A DNA stretch of 32,000 nucleotides from NCBI GenBank assembly GCA_048882505.1, contig JBHLRO010000029.1:3714-35713 (forward strand), given 5' to 3'. The translations under genes and the position numbers were made by a program. The notes under the pieces were generated by a model, which worked only from the letters and a program-made list of their open reading frames with translations, was not told the DNA's origin and did no database searches. Below are positions 17,040-25,942 of the stretch, one piece after another. Source of the stretch: Candidatus Thorarchaeota archaeon (GTDB taxonomy: Archaea > Asgardarchaeota > Heimdallarchaeia > Hodarchaeales > Hodarchaeaceae). Positions within the stretch are counted from its first letter, which is position 1. The number at the start of each line of letters is the position of its first letter.

Positions 17040-20000
17040 ATGCCCAGTCTAGATCCTCCTCATCAAGAATCCAAACCCCCTAGTATTGTTAAATCCTTTG
17101 TTGATCGTGTGTGGAGATGGATTCTTGTCATCAGGTTTCCTTTATTGATCGCTCTGCTCGCTATTCTTGTGAAGGTTGCTTTTAGCGGGAGTATTGCCAT
17201 GTGGGATGAAGGATGGTTTGTGGCAATCGCCAGCCGTATGGCGGACGGTTTATCTGACCCTATGCTTCCACTGTACTATCCTTCTGAAGATGGAGGTATC
17301 AACTTCTTCGATAAACCCCCTGTGGCCTTTTGGGGGGGTGCCATATTGATGTGGATCTTTGGCCGAACAACTTTTGCAGCCAAGGGGATTATAGCCCTAG
17401 GAGGAGCGGGGCTGGCTGTCACTACCTATCTTTTGTTCAGCCATCAATCAGAAAATAAAAGCGCGGGCGTCATTGCAGGGCTTTTGGTGGCCCTTGCTCA
17501 TTTCTTGTCTTTTTATTCTAGAACTGCTTATATAGATCCCTTCGTGGTTTTTATGGGAGCTTTGGTCATGGTTCTGGCCATTCGGACTATCGATGCTGTT
17601 TTTGTAGAGAAGAACATGAAAAAAGGCTATATCTTGATTATAATAACCGGAATCGTGAATATATTCAATATCATGACAAAGGCCTGGCAGGGAATTCTTA
17701 TTGGTCCAGCGATTGTGATTTATTTAGTTGTTCGCTATATTGAACGTGATGTACAGCTTGAGGAATTATCTGGAATTATTAATGAAACACGAAGTAAAAT
17801 GAAGCGAGACGGAGGGGAGCTTCAGGATACTACAGGTGATTCTACATCCCACATATCCTCTCAAAAGGGAGCATCCGATTCTGAAAGCAATATAGATTCC
17901 GATAAAAATTCGAGGTTAGACTCTAAAGACGATAGAGAAGCTGATCCCTATTATCAAAGAAAATCAATCTGGTTGTACGCTCTTCTGGGTGGCATTACTT
18001 CTTTTCTTGTAGCGGGCTTTCTTTCAAACCTATTGGTAGCCAGTACATTCCTAGCTTTGATATCAGGGATAGCTTGCTATTTCATGGTTGTCCGATTTGA
18101 ATCGGATGAGCGGCCTGGGGTGAGGTGGAAGCTAGCGATAGCCAGCAGTATGGGAGGAGGAGTTGGAGGGATTATTGGCGGCATTATAGTAAAAATCTTT
18201 TTCGACAGAATGATTGATCCGATTCTATCTATCGCGCAAGAACTAGGAACAAAAGAAGTTTCTTGGGGGCCATTTGGAGGTATCATCTCATTCTTGTCAG
18301 ACTCTCTTACATCTTTGGAAGGGTGGGCCGTCATTCTTTTAGAAGTTCTTTCAGCACTGATTGGAGCTTTCTTTGTTTTTGCGGTTACATTTCTTTTTAG
18401 TGGATTTATTCTGGATCTTCTTCGTCGAAAAGGAAGATTTCTGATCGTTTTTTATGATTTATTAGATTTAATTCCTTTGGGGATCATTGGAGCGTGGTTT
18501 GGAGTATGGTTTTTTTTCCTCCTCCTCGAAGGTGAGATTTTCGATCGAAATGCCCTTGCTATCACGATTGTTGGTACTGCGGTTTCCCTGCTCTTAATTC
18601 CTTTGATAATCGCATTTACGGTTCTAAAGGATCGCGCAATTACATATTTTAATATTAAACGATCGTCCCGCTCCCCTCATGAACAGGGTGAGTTTATTAA
18701 ACGCCTGGTATTCCTTACAATTACAATCATCGTCATAATGATCAGTTTTTATCCCTTTGTTGCCTGGATACAATTCCTAGACACGAACATTGCGAATGGA
18801 ACCTTTCCGTGGCCGATTCGCACGCCAGGAGAACTTGCCGGAGATCCGTTAAAACCAGAAAAGGTGACATATGATTTTCTATTCTTTACTTATTATATCG
18901 GGTGGCGTTACACTCATGGAACGAAATACACTTTGGCAGATAGCATTGGTGGAGCTGTGAACGATTATACTATCATTATTATGTTACCGTTTTTTATTGT
19001 AGGTATTTGGGCGTTTTTCTTGTCTGAAAAACGTAATCCTGCATTAGGAGCCTCTCTAATAACATGGTTACTCACCATACCCCTTGTTTTCTTTCCCGCT
19101 CAATCCCAACTCAATTATTACTATATACCACTTGTAATTCCGTACTTTGCAATTGGCGCGAAGGGGATAGAGTTTATCTACTCTTCTGAACGCTGGCGGA
19201 TCACGGTAACCGATAATGTGGAGAAACTCCTTGCTGCAACCTATTTTTATATAGAAATTGGTTTTACTCTTCTTCTGCCTACATTAGCGACGTTTTTAGA
19301 TTATATTCTCGGATTTTTGACAGGAATGACCTCTATTTACGTACTAATTGAATCTATAGATATTATAGGCCCCACCCTTCTCCTAGCGGGGATTTTTTTA
19401 ATCCCTTTCACTTTTCTGGTATTTCGAGTTTTAAAAACGTTTCCAGGGATAATAGCAATTGGGTTTGCTTACCGCTTATTTGTGCTTTCTTGGATGAAAG
19501 AGGAGAATATCAAGATTCTTTACGATGTGATTTTTCATGATCTTCTCATTACCCTAGTTCAATTGGATTTTGTATGGATTCAGGAAGTTTTGGAATTTGG
19601 GGCACCATTGGTTACCCTGTTTGGAATTATTTTATTGATTTTTGGATTATCTTGGTTGAAACCTAACACAAAACCACAAGCTTTCATTTTTCTTGGGCTT
19701 GTACTTTCGGCCATGCTCGTTAATATATCGGTAACAGCCCATTACGACCAAATATTGGATCTTAGGTTTGAGGAAATGGCGGGGTATATCAAGAATCATG
19801 GTGGTCAATACAACCATTCAACCTGGGTGATTCCTGAAGGTGGAGCCCAGTTTTCTATGCGATACTATTTGGCAGTAGAAGTGGTGGATACTAAAAAAAC
19901 TCTATTCAGTAGTAATTCCGCAACTCGCATGGCGAATTATTACAATGACCATACCTATATAAAATTCTGGGTTATTACTAACCAATCACACTGGGACTTG

Positions 20001-20171
20001 CCTATTTATTCTGAGGAATATCCGAATGCCTATCGTTGGCTAACCACGAACCCTCATTTCGCAAATGTCGATGCAATTGTGGGCCTACCCACCTGGTATA
20101 AGATGCACCTATTTGTAAATCGAACTTGGATAACCGAGCAGGGGTATGAGTGGACAACTTTCCAAGGATGA
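17040..20171 (+). CDS. Large GT-C fold glycosyltransferase (ArnT/PMT, GT83/39-like)
   Basis: WDEGWF..IASRM, FFDKPPVAFW..MWIFG, RTAYIDP, MTKAWQG, YYYIPL; ~20+ hydrophobic segments; ATG 17040 preferred because it avoids overlap with the divergent gene. Confidence 0.85.
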   Translation: MPSLDPPHQESKPPSIVKSFVDRVWRWILVIRFPLLIALLAILVKVAFSGSIAMWDEGWFVAIASRMADGLSDPMLPLYYPSEDGGINFFDKPPVAFWGGAILMWIFGRTTFAAKGIIALGGAGLAVTTYLLFSHQSENKSAGVIAGLLVALAHFLSFYSRTAYIDPFVVFMGALVMVLAIRTIDAVFVEKNMKKGYILIIITGIVNIFNIMTKAWQGILIGPAIVIYLVVRYIERDVQLEELSGIINETRSKMKRDGGELQDTTGDSTSHISSQKGASDSESNIDSDKNSRLDSKDDREADPYYQRKSIWLYALLGGITSFLVAGFLSNLLVASTFLALISGIACYFMVVRFESDERPGVRWKLAIASSMGGGVGGIIGGIIVKIFFDRMIDPILSIAQELGTKEVSWGPFGGIISFLSDSLTSLEGWAVILLEVLSALIGAFFVFAVTFLFSGFILDLLRRKGRFLIVFYDLLDLIPLGIIGAWFGVWFFFLLLEGEIFDRNALAITIVGTAVSLLLIPLIIAFTVLKDRAITYFNIKRSSRSPHEQGEFIKRLVFLTITIIVIMISFYPFVAWIQFLDTNIANGTFPWPIRTPGELAGDPLKPEKVTYDFLFFTYYIGWRYTHGTKYTLADSIGGAVNDYTIIIMLPFFIVGIWAFFLSEKRNPALGASLITWLLTIPLVFFPAQSQLNYYYIPLVIPYFAIGAKGIEFIYSSERWRITVTDNVEKLLAATYFYIEIGFTLLLPTLATFLDYILGFLTGMTSIYVLIESIDIIGPTLLLAGIFLIPFTFLVFRVLKTFPGIIAIGFAYRLFVLSWMKEENIKILYDVIFHDLLITLVQLDFVWIQEVLEFGAPLVTLFGIILLIFGLSWLKPNTKPQAFIFLGLVLSAMLVNISVTAHYDQILDLRFEEMAGYIKNHGGQYNHSTWVIPEGGAQFSMRYYLAVEVVDTKKTLFSSNSATRMANYYNDHTYIKFWVITNQSHWDLPIYSEEYPNAYRWLTTNPHFANVDAIVGLPTWYKMHLFVNRTWITEQGYEWTTFQG

Positions 20172-20245
20172 ATTTTACCCATTCTACAAAGGCGAATAAG
20201 GCTAATCGCGTTCTTTTGTTTGATCTAGATGATCCAAGGGTTTTG

Positions 20246-20689
20246 TCAAAGAATATCCGCAAGAATTTCTCCTGCATCCCGCACAAATCTCGAACAATTT
20301 GAGAAAGCTTTATTCTCTCGCGCAGTTTGAAGCTTTTCTTCAGTCGAAATATCATAACCAATAAGATCCTTACATAATAGAGTCCCGTTTCGGTGTTTGA
20401 ACCTATTCATGAATCGCTCCCCCAGTCCATTTACGGTGGGCGCATCCCGTTTCGAGGATTCCGTCTTTCCTGCCTTCCCATATTTTAGGCTGATTGCCAT
20501 TAACCCGCCAGTTATTGCCCCACACACGTTTCCCGAGCGAGCCACACCTCCTGAAAAGATTTCAGCAAGATTAAGACAGGTGTCCTCATCTAAATCCATC
20601 CCTTGCGCAAATGTTGAAAACAGAGCTTGTGCACAATTATCCTTTTCTTCAAATCTTCTTACTGCCGCTTCGATAAAGTCATCTGCCAT
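20246..20689 (-). CDS. C-GCAxxG-C-C family putative redox protein
   Basis: NCAQAL, GGVARSGNVCGAITGG, LLCKDL, NCSRFV; GAGG RBS before ATG 20689. Confidence 0.9.
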   Translation of the reverse strand: MADDFIEAAVRRFEEKDNCAQALFSTFAQGMDLDEDTCLNLAEIFSGGVARSGNVCGAITGGLMAISLKYGKAGKTESSKRDAPTVNGLGERFMNRFKHRNGTLLCKDLIGYDISTEEKLQTARENKAFSNCSRFVRDAGEILADIL

Positions 20690-20869
20690 AATCAATTTCC
20701 TCATCGTGAATTTTTCGATCATTCGAAGGTTTATCGGATATAAGGTTGCTATATCTATGCGTGCGAGAAGAATAGCCTTGTATTTAAAATCCTATTAGTT
20801 TTTATGGGATGTGTCCCAACAAACCGTCTCTCGCTATACGGGGGATTTTATAGTGAATTGTGAGTCACT

Positions 20870-21775
20870 TTGGATTTGACGAAGCAAGATCTTAAGGATT
20901 TGGCCCTAGCAGGAAGGATTTCTTGTCTTACACTGGATGCTGTAGCAAATTACGTTCGCCCGGGGACATCAATCGGTACCCTTCACGATACCTTGGTTAA
21001 GCTTATCACGAAAACCCCGGGAGCTAGGCTGGCATTTCCTCCAAATATTTCTGTAAATGAGTGTGCAGCCCACGATACTGCGGCTCCTAAGGAATCACGG
21101 GTAATACCAAAGCGCGGTTTGGTTAAAATCGATATCGGTACAAATGTGAATGGGATGCTCTCCGATACCGCCCGAACATTTTCTATGGACGGAAAATACG
21201 GACATCTCACGGCAGCACCGAAAATTGCCCTAAAAAAAGCGATAGAGATAATCAAACCTGGTGTACGAGTGTCAGAGATTGGGGAGGTAGTTCAAGAAAC
21301 GATTGAAGGTTTTGGGTTCAAACCGATCGCGAATCTTACTGGGCACCAGATGAAGAAAGGACTTCTTCACGCAGGTTTATCTATTCCAAGTGTTAAATCC
21401 TTTCCTTTGGCCAAACGCTCCAAATTAAAAGTTGGAACGATAGTAGCGATAGAGCCATTTGCCACTACAGGCGAGGCTGGACTGGTAGAAGATGCGCAGA
21501 GTCCCGCATTAATCTACTCGGTAGGAAATGGTAACCCAAAGACGCCGATTGGTCGTCGTTTGACTGGGCAATTTCAAAAGCTGCCCTTTTCATTACGGTC
21601 TGCTTACTTTTCCTTCCAGCAAGAAAAAATCGAATTAGAGGAAATTACACATAGTCTTAGTAAGGATAAATTCCATGGATATAAACCGTTGGTGGAAAGA
21701 ACGGGAGGATTAGTGAGCCAAGCAGAACACACCATCCTTGTTATGCAAGAGGGAGCAAAAGTAATTACTCGATGA
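20870..21775 (+). CDS. map: Methionine aminopeptidase type II
   Basis: FPPNISVNECAAH, KIDIG, SDTA, NLTGH, AIEPFAT, QAEHT (all five metal ligands) plus the type II insertion. Confidence 0.93.
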   Translation: MDLTKQDLKDLALAGRISCLTLDAVANYVRPGTSIGTLHDTLVKLITKTPGARLAFPPNISVNECAAHDTAAPKESRVIPKRGLVKIDIGTNVNGMLSDTARTFSMDGKYGHLTAAPKIALKKAIEIIKPGVRVSEIGEVVQETIEGFGFKPIANLTGHQMKKGLLHAGLSIPSVKSFPLAKRSKLKVGTIVAIEPFATTGEAGLVEDAQSPALIYSVGNGNPKTPIGRRLTGQFQKLPFSLRSAYFSFQQEKIELEEITHSLSKDKFHGYKPLVERTGGLVSQAEHTILVMQEGAKVITR

Positions 21776-21919
21776 ATGTTCTACTTTCAGATACGTTAAT
21801 AATTTCTAGTATTCTGTGGATTGAGAGAAAATTCTTGATTCTTCGAGTAAGAATGTTTAGGTCCCTGGAAATTCTTGCTTTTAATTCAAGACCACATATT
21901 CCTAAAGCAGGAATTGGGA

Positions 21920-22684
21920 TCAAATGATCTTGTGGTTTTTTAAAAATTCAAAAACGAACTTATTGAAGAATTCTGGTTGTTTTGGTGTATCATGATCTCC
22001 ATCGAGGTTAATCCTCTGAACGTGAGAAAGATGTTTTTCTAGGACTTCGAACGCAATTGAGGGGTTTACTGTGTCCTGATTTCCTGTTATCATTAGAATA
22101 GGGACCTTAATCTCTAAAAGCTGATTTAGATAAATTTTTGATCCCCCTCGATTCCGTTTGATCTGGATTTCAGTGTACGAAAATAATTTTTGGATTCTTT
22201 TGACAATCTTCCATAGCCACGAAGCGCTTCTCTTCTTTTGATCACCAGAGCGCTTTTCCTTACTCAAAAAATTCCAAGCTCTGGTAGTTTTGCTCATGAA
22301 GGGTCTTGGACTAATCAGAACAATGGCTTTGACGTCCTCAGGATGCCCTAATGTATACATTAACGCTAATGTTCCCCCAATACTGTATCCCACCAGGATC
22401 TGCCCTTGAAGTCCCAATTCATCCTTGATAAGAGCACGAATATCAAGAAGATGGTCTTCGGTCTTGTGTTTCTCCACCTTTTTCCCTAGGGAGGATTTCG
22501 CAAATCCCCTGAGATCTGGTGCAACCAATTGAAACTGGCTATTCAAATCAATATCGTTGAGTTGGGCTCCCCAATGCGACACCGAACTTCCTAGATAACC
22601 ATGAATAAATACCATGGGAGGTTTATTATTTTCGCCTGTGATTTGGTAAAATAGCTTGTATCCTTCGCGAAAATAATATGGCAT
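21920..22684 (-). CDS. Alpha/beta hydrolase (abhydrolase_1) with intact Ser-Asp-His triad
   Basis: FIHGYLG, APDLRGF, GYSIGG, GNQD, GDH; ATG 22684 preferred over TTG 22726. Confidence 0.9.
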   Translation of the reverse strand: MPYYFREGYKLFYQITGENNKPPMVFIHGYLGSSVSHWGAQLNDIDLNSQFQLVAPDLRGFAKSSLGKKVEKHKTEDHLLDIRALIKDELGLQGQILVGYSIGGTLALMYTLGHPEDVKAIVLISPRPFMSKTTRAWNFLSKEKRSGDQKKRSASWLWKIVKRIQKLFSYTEIQIKRNRGGSKIYLNQLLEIKVPILMITGNQDTVNPSIAFEVLEKHLSHVQRINLDGDHDTPKQPEFFNKFVFEFLKNHKII

Positions 22685-22910
22685 TCGTGTTCGGGCCCCT
22701 AGCAATTCTGGCTTTCTACTTGTCAAAAATAATTATCAGAATGGAACTTTCAACTATAATAAAACCAAAAGGAGTGAGATTTTTATAACCTTATATCAAC
22801 ATAATAAATGTGATAATCACGTTTAGGATTCACGCTGGGAAATCTTATAGATTCATGGTTTTGTCCCTTTAAAGGATAATCAATCCATAGTTAGTGGATA
22901 AGGGATTTTT

Positions 22911-24122
22911 TTGAGCCAATTGAGTTTTACAAATAGAGACATTGGACTTTTCAGTATCTTTACTGTTTTAATATTGACATTTGCTCTATTTAAGGATGCT
23001 TTTCGTCACAATCCCTTAATTTTAACCTTTTTTATGGGCATTGGTTTAGTCTACGCAATTTTGGCGAGCGAGAAAGCTGTAGGTGGAATGGATGCCGTTG
23101 GCAAGAGGGCCAAGCTTACTCCTTACGTTTCGGGAATGCTATCTAGTTTAGCCAGCAATACCCCTGAGCTGGTAATCGGGTTCTTTGCAATTCTCTCAGG
23201 CCAAGTTGAGTTCGCAATTGCATTTATAATCATTGCAACCGGTTTTAACATCCTTATGCTGGGAATTCTTATCATTATTGGAAATTTCCGTCGAAAAAAG
23301 AGTATTTCCATCCCTCCCGAGGTTGTTGAGGTTGAAATCCCCATTGTTCGGGTGGCTATTGTCTTTGTGGGAGCTATCTGGACACTAGGTATTGTCCTTT
23401 TTGCCTTGGAGGCAATCGAAATTGCGACCGAAGCTGAAGCTGTTATACCGTTCCTTCCATACGAAGCAAGCGCTTTGATGGTAATTGTCTATCTCTTCTA
23501 TCTTTTTTTTATCCTACGTCATAATCTCCAGCACCGTGTTCAATCATCCCCCAGTGCCTCCTCCGCTTCTAATCAAGCTGAAACTAACAGAGGCTTTCTA
23601 CTGTTCATTCTTGTTCTTGCGTTTACGGCCATTTTTTTTGCAGGAGAAATGATTTCCTCTTCCGTTGAGCTATTCTTAGAGAGTACTCAACAGATAGGGA
23701 TTTCTATAAACGAATTTCAATTGGCCTTCGTTATCGGAGCCGCCGCATCCATTCCAGAACACGCTATTGCTCTACTTGCCGTCAGACACGAAGGGGGGAT
23801 AGAGCTCGGTTTGGGTAATCTCATAGCAGGATCCATGCAGAATCTACTCTTAATGACGGGTCTTGTCTCCTTGTTTTCTTTTCTGGGGGCGATTCTAGGC
23901 ATTCCTGGTAATGATCTTCGTGGGATACCTCTAATACACTTTGTTGAAGGTGAAGTCCCTATTCCGTTTCTCCTCGTTCAGTATGGTTTCGCATGGCTGC
24001 TCCTATTTCTGATCAAATCTTCTATGACGGACGATCAGAAGCTGGATTTCTACGAGGGGTTTACAATTACCATAGCTCAATTATTTGTCTTTATTATATT
24101 CTTACGTGGGATCCTTGTTTAG
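22911..24122 (+). CDS. Ca2+/cation antiporter (CaCA superfamily)
   Basis: Two alpha-repeats ASNTPEL and AASIPEH, GSMQN motif, ~11 TMs. Confidence 0.85.
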   Translation: MSQLSFTNRDIGLFSIFTVLILTFALFKDAFRHNPLILTFFMGIGLVYAILASEKAVGGMDAVGKRAKLTPYVSGMLSSLASNTPELVIGFFAILSGQVEFAIAFIIIATGFNILMLGILIIIGNFRRKKSISIPPEVVEVEIPIVRVAIVFVGAIWTLGIVLFALEAIEIATEAEAVIPFLPYEASALMVIVYLFYLFFILRHNLQHRVQSSPSASSASNQAETNRGFLLFILVLAFTAIFFAGEMISSSVELFLESTQQIGISINEFQLAFVIGAAASIPEHAIALLAVRHEGGIELGLGNLIAGSMQNLLLMTGLVSLFSFLGAILGIPGNDLRGIPLIHFVEGEVPIPFLLVQYGFAWLLLFLIKSSMTDDQKLDFYEGFTITIAQLFVFIIFLRGILV

Positions 24123-24169
24123 TAGAAGTCTCCCCATGTTGTATTAGTGGATAAACAGGTGAGACGACA

Positions 24170-24871
24170 ATAAAATCGCTCGATAAGTCCCCAGAGACCA
24201 TTTCACGAATGTTCTCATCTATCGCGTCACGCTATAATCTGATGAACAACGTGATGACGGGGTTTACCCATCACTTAACTCGAAGATTTGCCTTCTCTCT
24301 CGCCAAATTTAAGACCGGCCAGCGTGCAGTCGATCTTGCAACAGGTACAGGAGATTTTGTAAAGCTATTAAATGCTAAAGGCGGCGAAAAGTCGGTTGTT
24401 ATTGGGTGTGACCTATCTAGGGAAATGCTTGGTCTGGCGAAGAAACATAATCATCGAACTGACTTTATACAAGCAGATATTAACACTCTTCCATTTTTAG
24501 ACAATTCTTTTGATCTATCTACGATATCATATGGTCTCAGGAATGTTCAAGATCCTCTACTCGTGCTTACAGAAATATTTCGAATAACCCGCCCAGGAGG
24601 CCATCTTATAATTGTTGAATCGAGCATCCCGATGAATACGGGAAGTCGGTTTCTTATTTGGTTTCATTTCACAAAAATTGTCCCGCGTTTGGCATCGTTT
24701 TTTCGTTTAAGCACAGCTGCCTACAATTATTACTTCGAATCCGTCAAACAGTTTCCAATAGGAACAAGATTTTTTCATCTACTAAGAAACGCAGGATGGA
24801 GTCATGCGACATGGTATACAAGACTTTTCGGAGCTGTCTCGATCTATCTTGTCACGAAAGGGGTATCCTAG
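24170..24871 (+). CDS. menG: MenG/UbiE-family C-methyltransferase (first ATG at 24209; in-frame ATA at 24170)
   Basis: MFSSIASRYNLMN, DLATGTGD, GCDLSREML, ADINTLPF.DNSFD, YGLRNV, RITRPGG. Confidence 0.85.
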   Translation: MKSLDKSPETISRMFSSIASRYNLMNNVMTGFTHHLTRRFAFSLAKFKTGQRAVDLATGTGDFVKLLNAKGGEKSVVIGCDLSREMLGLAKKHNHRTDFIQADINTLPFLDNSFDLSTISYGLRNVQDPLLVLTEIFRITRPGGHLIIVESSIPMNTGSRFLIWFHFTKIVPRLASFFRLSTAAYNYYFESVKQFPIGTRFFHLLRNAGWSHATWYTRLFGAVSIYLVTKGVS

Positions 24872-24880
24872 CTTTGATCG

Positions 24881-25747
24881 CTATTCATTCAATAGCTCGG
24901 CTTCACCGTGGGTCAGGACTGAATACCCATCTTGATTATCAGTCCTAAATCCCAGAATTCGACTTTCATTGGTTTTCTTGATTAACCAAGCATGAGTTGT
25001 TAGGAAGTCCCCCATAAAAACGGGTCTGGAAAATCGCGTTTTTATACTTTTGAGTTTGGTTGGACTTGTATCTGTCCCATTTAATATTGCCTGTGCGGCA
25101 AACGCCATTGTACAAAGGCCCTGTAATATCACATCTGGTAAACCCACCATCCGAGCAAAATCTGGGTCAAGATGTATTGGATTCATGTCACCAGATGCTT
25201 TTGAGTACCGAATGGCTTGGTCTGGTTCAACAACCATCTTTTCTTGGAAGAGAGGTTCCTGAATTTGAGACGGGGATGGTATCTTTTGAGTTTTCGATTT
25301 GGATATCACCTTTTCTTGATTTTTGAAGAATAAACCTGCCCGCATTACAAAAATCAGATCAGAATGGTCATGTCCTTCGATTCTTACCCACAGCACTTCG
25401 CCAGATGATTTGACATCAATGGATTCGAGTTGGATGGAAGTCCGGATTTGGTTACCTGGTTTTAAGGGTCGAGTATAAGTGATCGAATGTTCTCCATGAA
25501 CCATTCGTGAGAAATCAAGATTTAAAGTTGGGTCTTGTACCAGTTTATTACTGACTAAGAACATCGTGGTCACAGGGAAGAGAGGCGGGACTAGGCGCAG
25601 CGATTCATTGGTTTCGAAATAACTTGGATTCGTCTCATTTGTAGCCTTGGCAAACTCAAGAGTTCGAATTGGATCAATAATTTCAATCGAACCAGAATAA
25701 TTTCTGCCAATGATGGACGAATCGAGAATTTGAGGGGACTTATTCAT
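24881..25747 (-). CDS. Double hot-dog MaoC-type (R)-specific enoyl-CoA hydratase/dehydratase
   Basis: N-terminal hot-dog domain (MVHGEHSITYTRPL) and C-terminal YSKASGDMNPIHLDPDFA..GL..VILQGLCT, RFSRPV. Confidence 0.9.
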   Translation of the reverse strand: MNKSPQILDSSIIGRNYSGSIEIIDPIRTLEFAKATNETNPSYFETNESLRLVPPLFPVTTMFLVSNKLVQDPTLNLDFSRMVHGEHSITYTRPLKPGNQIRTSIQLESIDVKSSGEVLWVRIEGHDHSDLIFVMRAGLFFKNQEKVISKSKTQKIPSPSQIQEPLFQEKMVVEPDQAIRYSKASGDMNPIHLDPDFARMVGLPDVILQGLCTMAFAAQAILNGTDTSPTKLKSIKTRFSRPVFMGDFLTTHAWLIKKTNESRILGFRTDNQDGYSVLTHGEAELLNE

Positions 25748-25876
25748 GGGTAACTCTTCCAATCATATAATCAGCGCTTTAAGATTTGAGCAACAAATGC
25801 AGAATTTGCCAAGTTAAATCAACCTTATCCCGATTTTAAAGAGAAGACATAATACAGGAGTTACTCGTGCGGAATT

Positions 25877-25896
25877 AGTATAAACATCTTTATACT
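25877..25896. promoter_or_regulatory. Perfect 8-4-8 palindrome, candidate operator in a divergent promoter
   Basis: AGTATAAA-CATC-TTTATACT between the MaoC gene and the TPR gene. Confidence 0.55.
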
Positions 25897-25942
25897 GATC
25901 ATATTTATATACTAGTTCAACCCTAATGAAGATTGTTAGTCA

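Noticed and set aside
21776-21919. AAATTCTTG repeated twice and a small ATTCCT/AGGAAT hairpin between convergent genes
   Set aside because: Short and AT-rich; at most part of ordinary termination signals.
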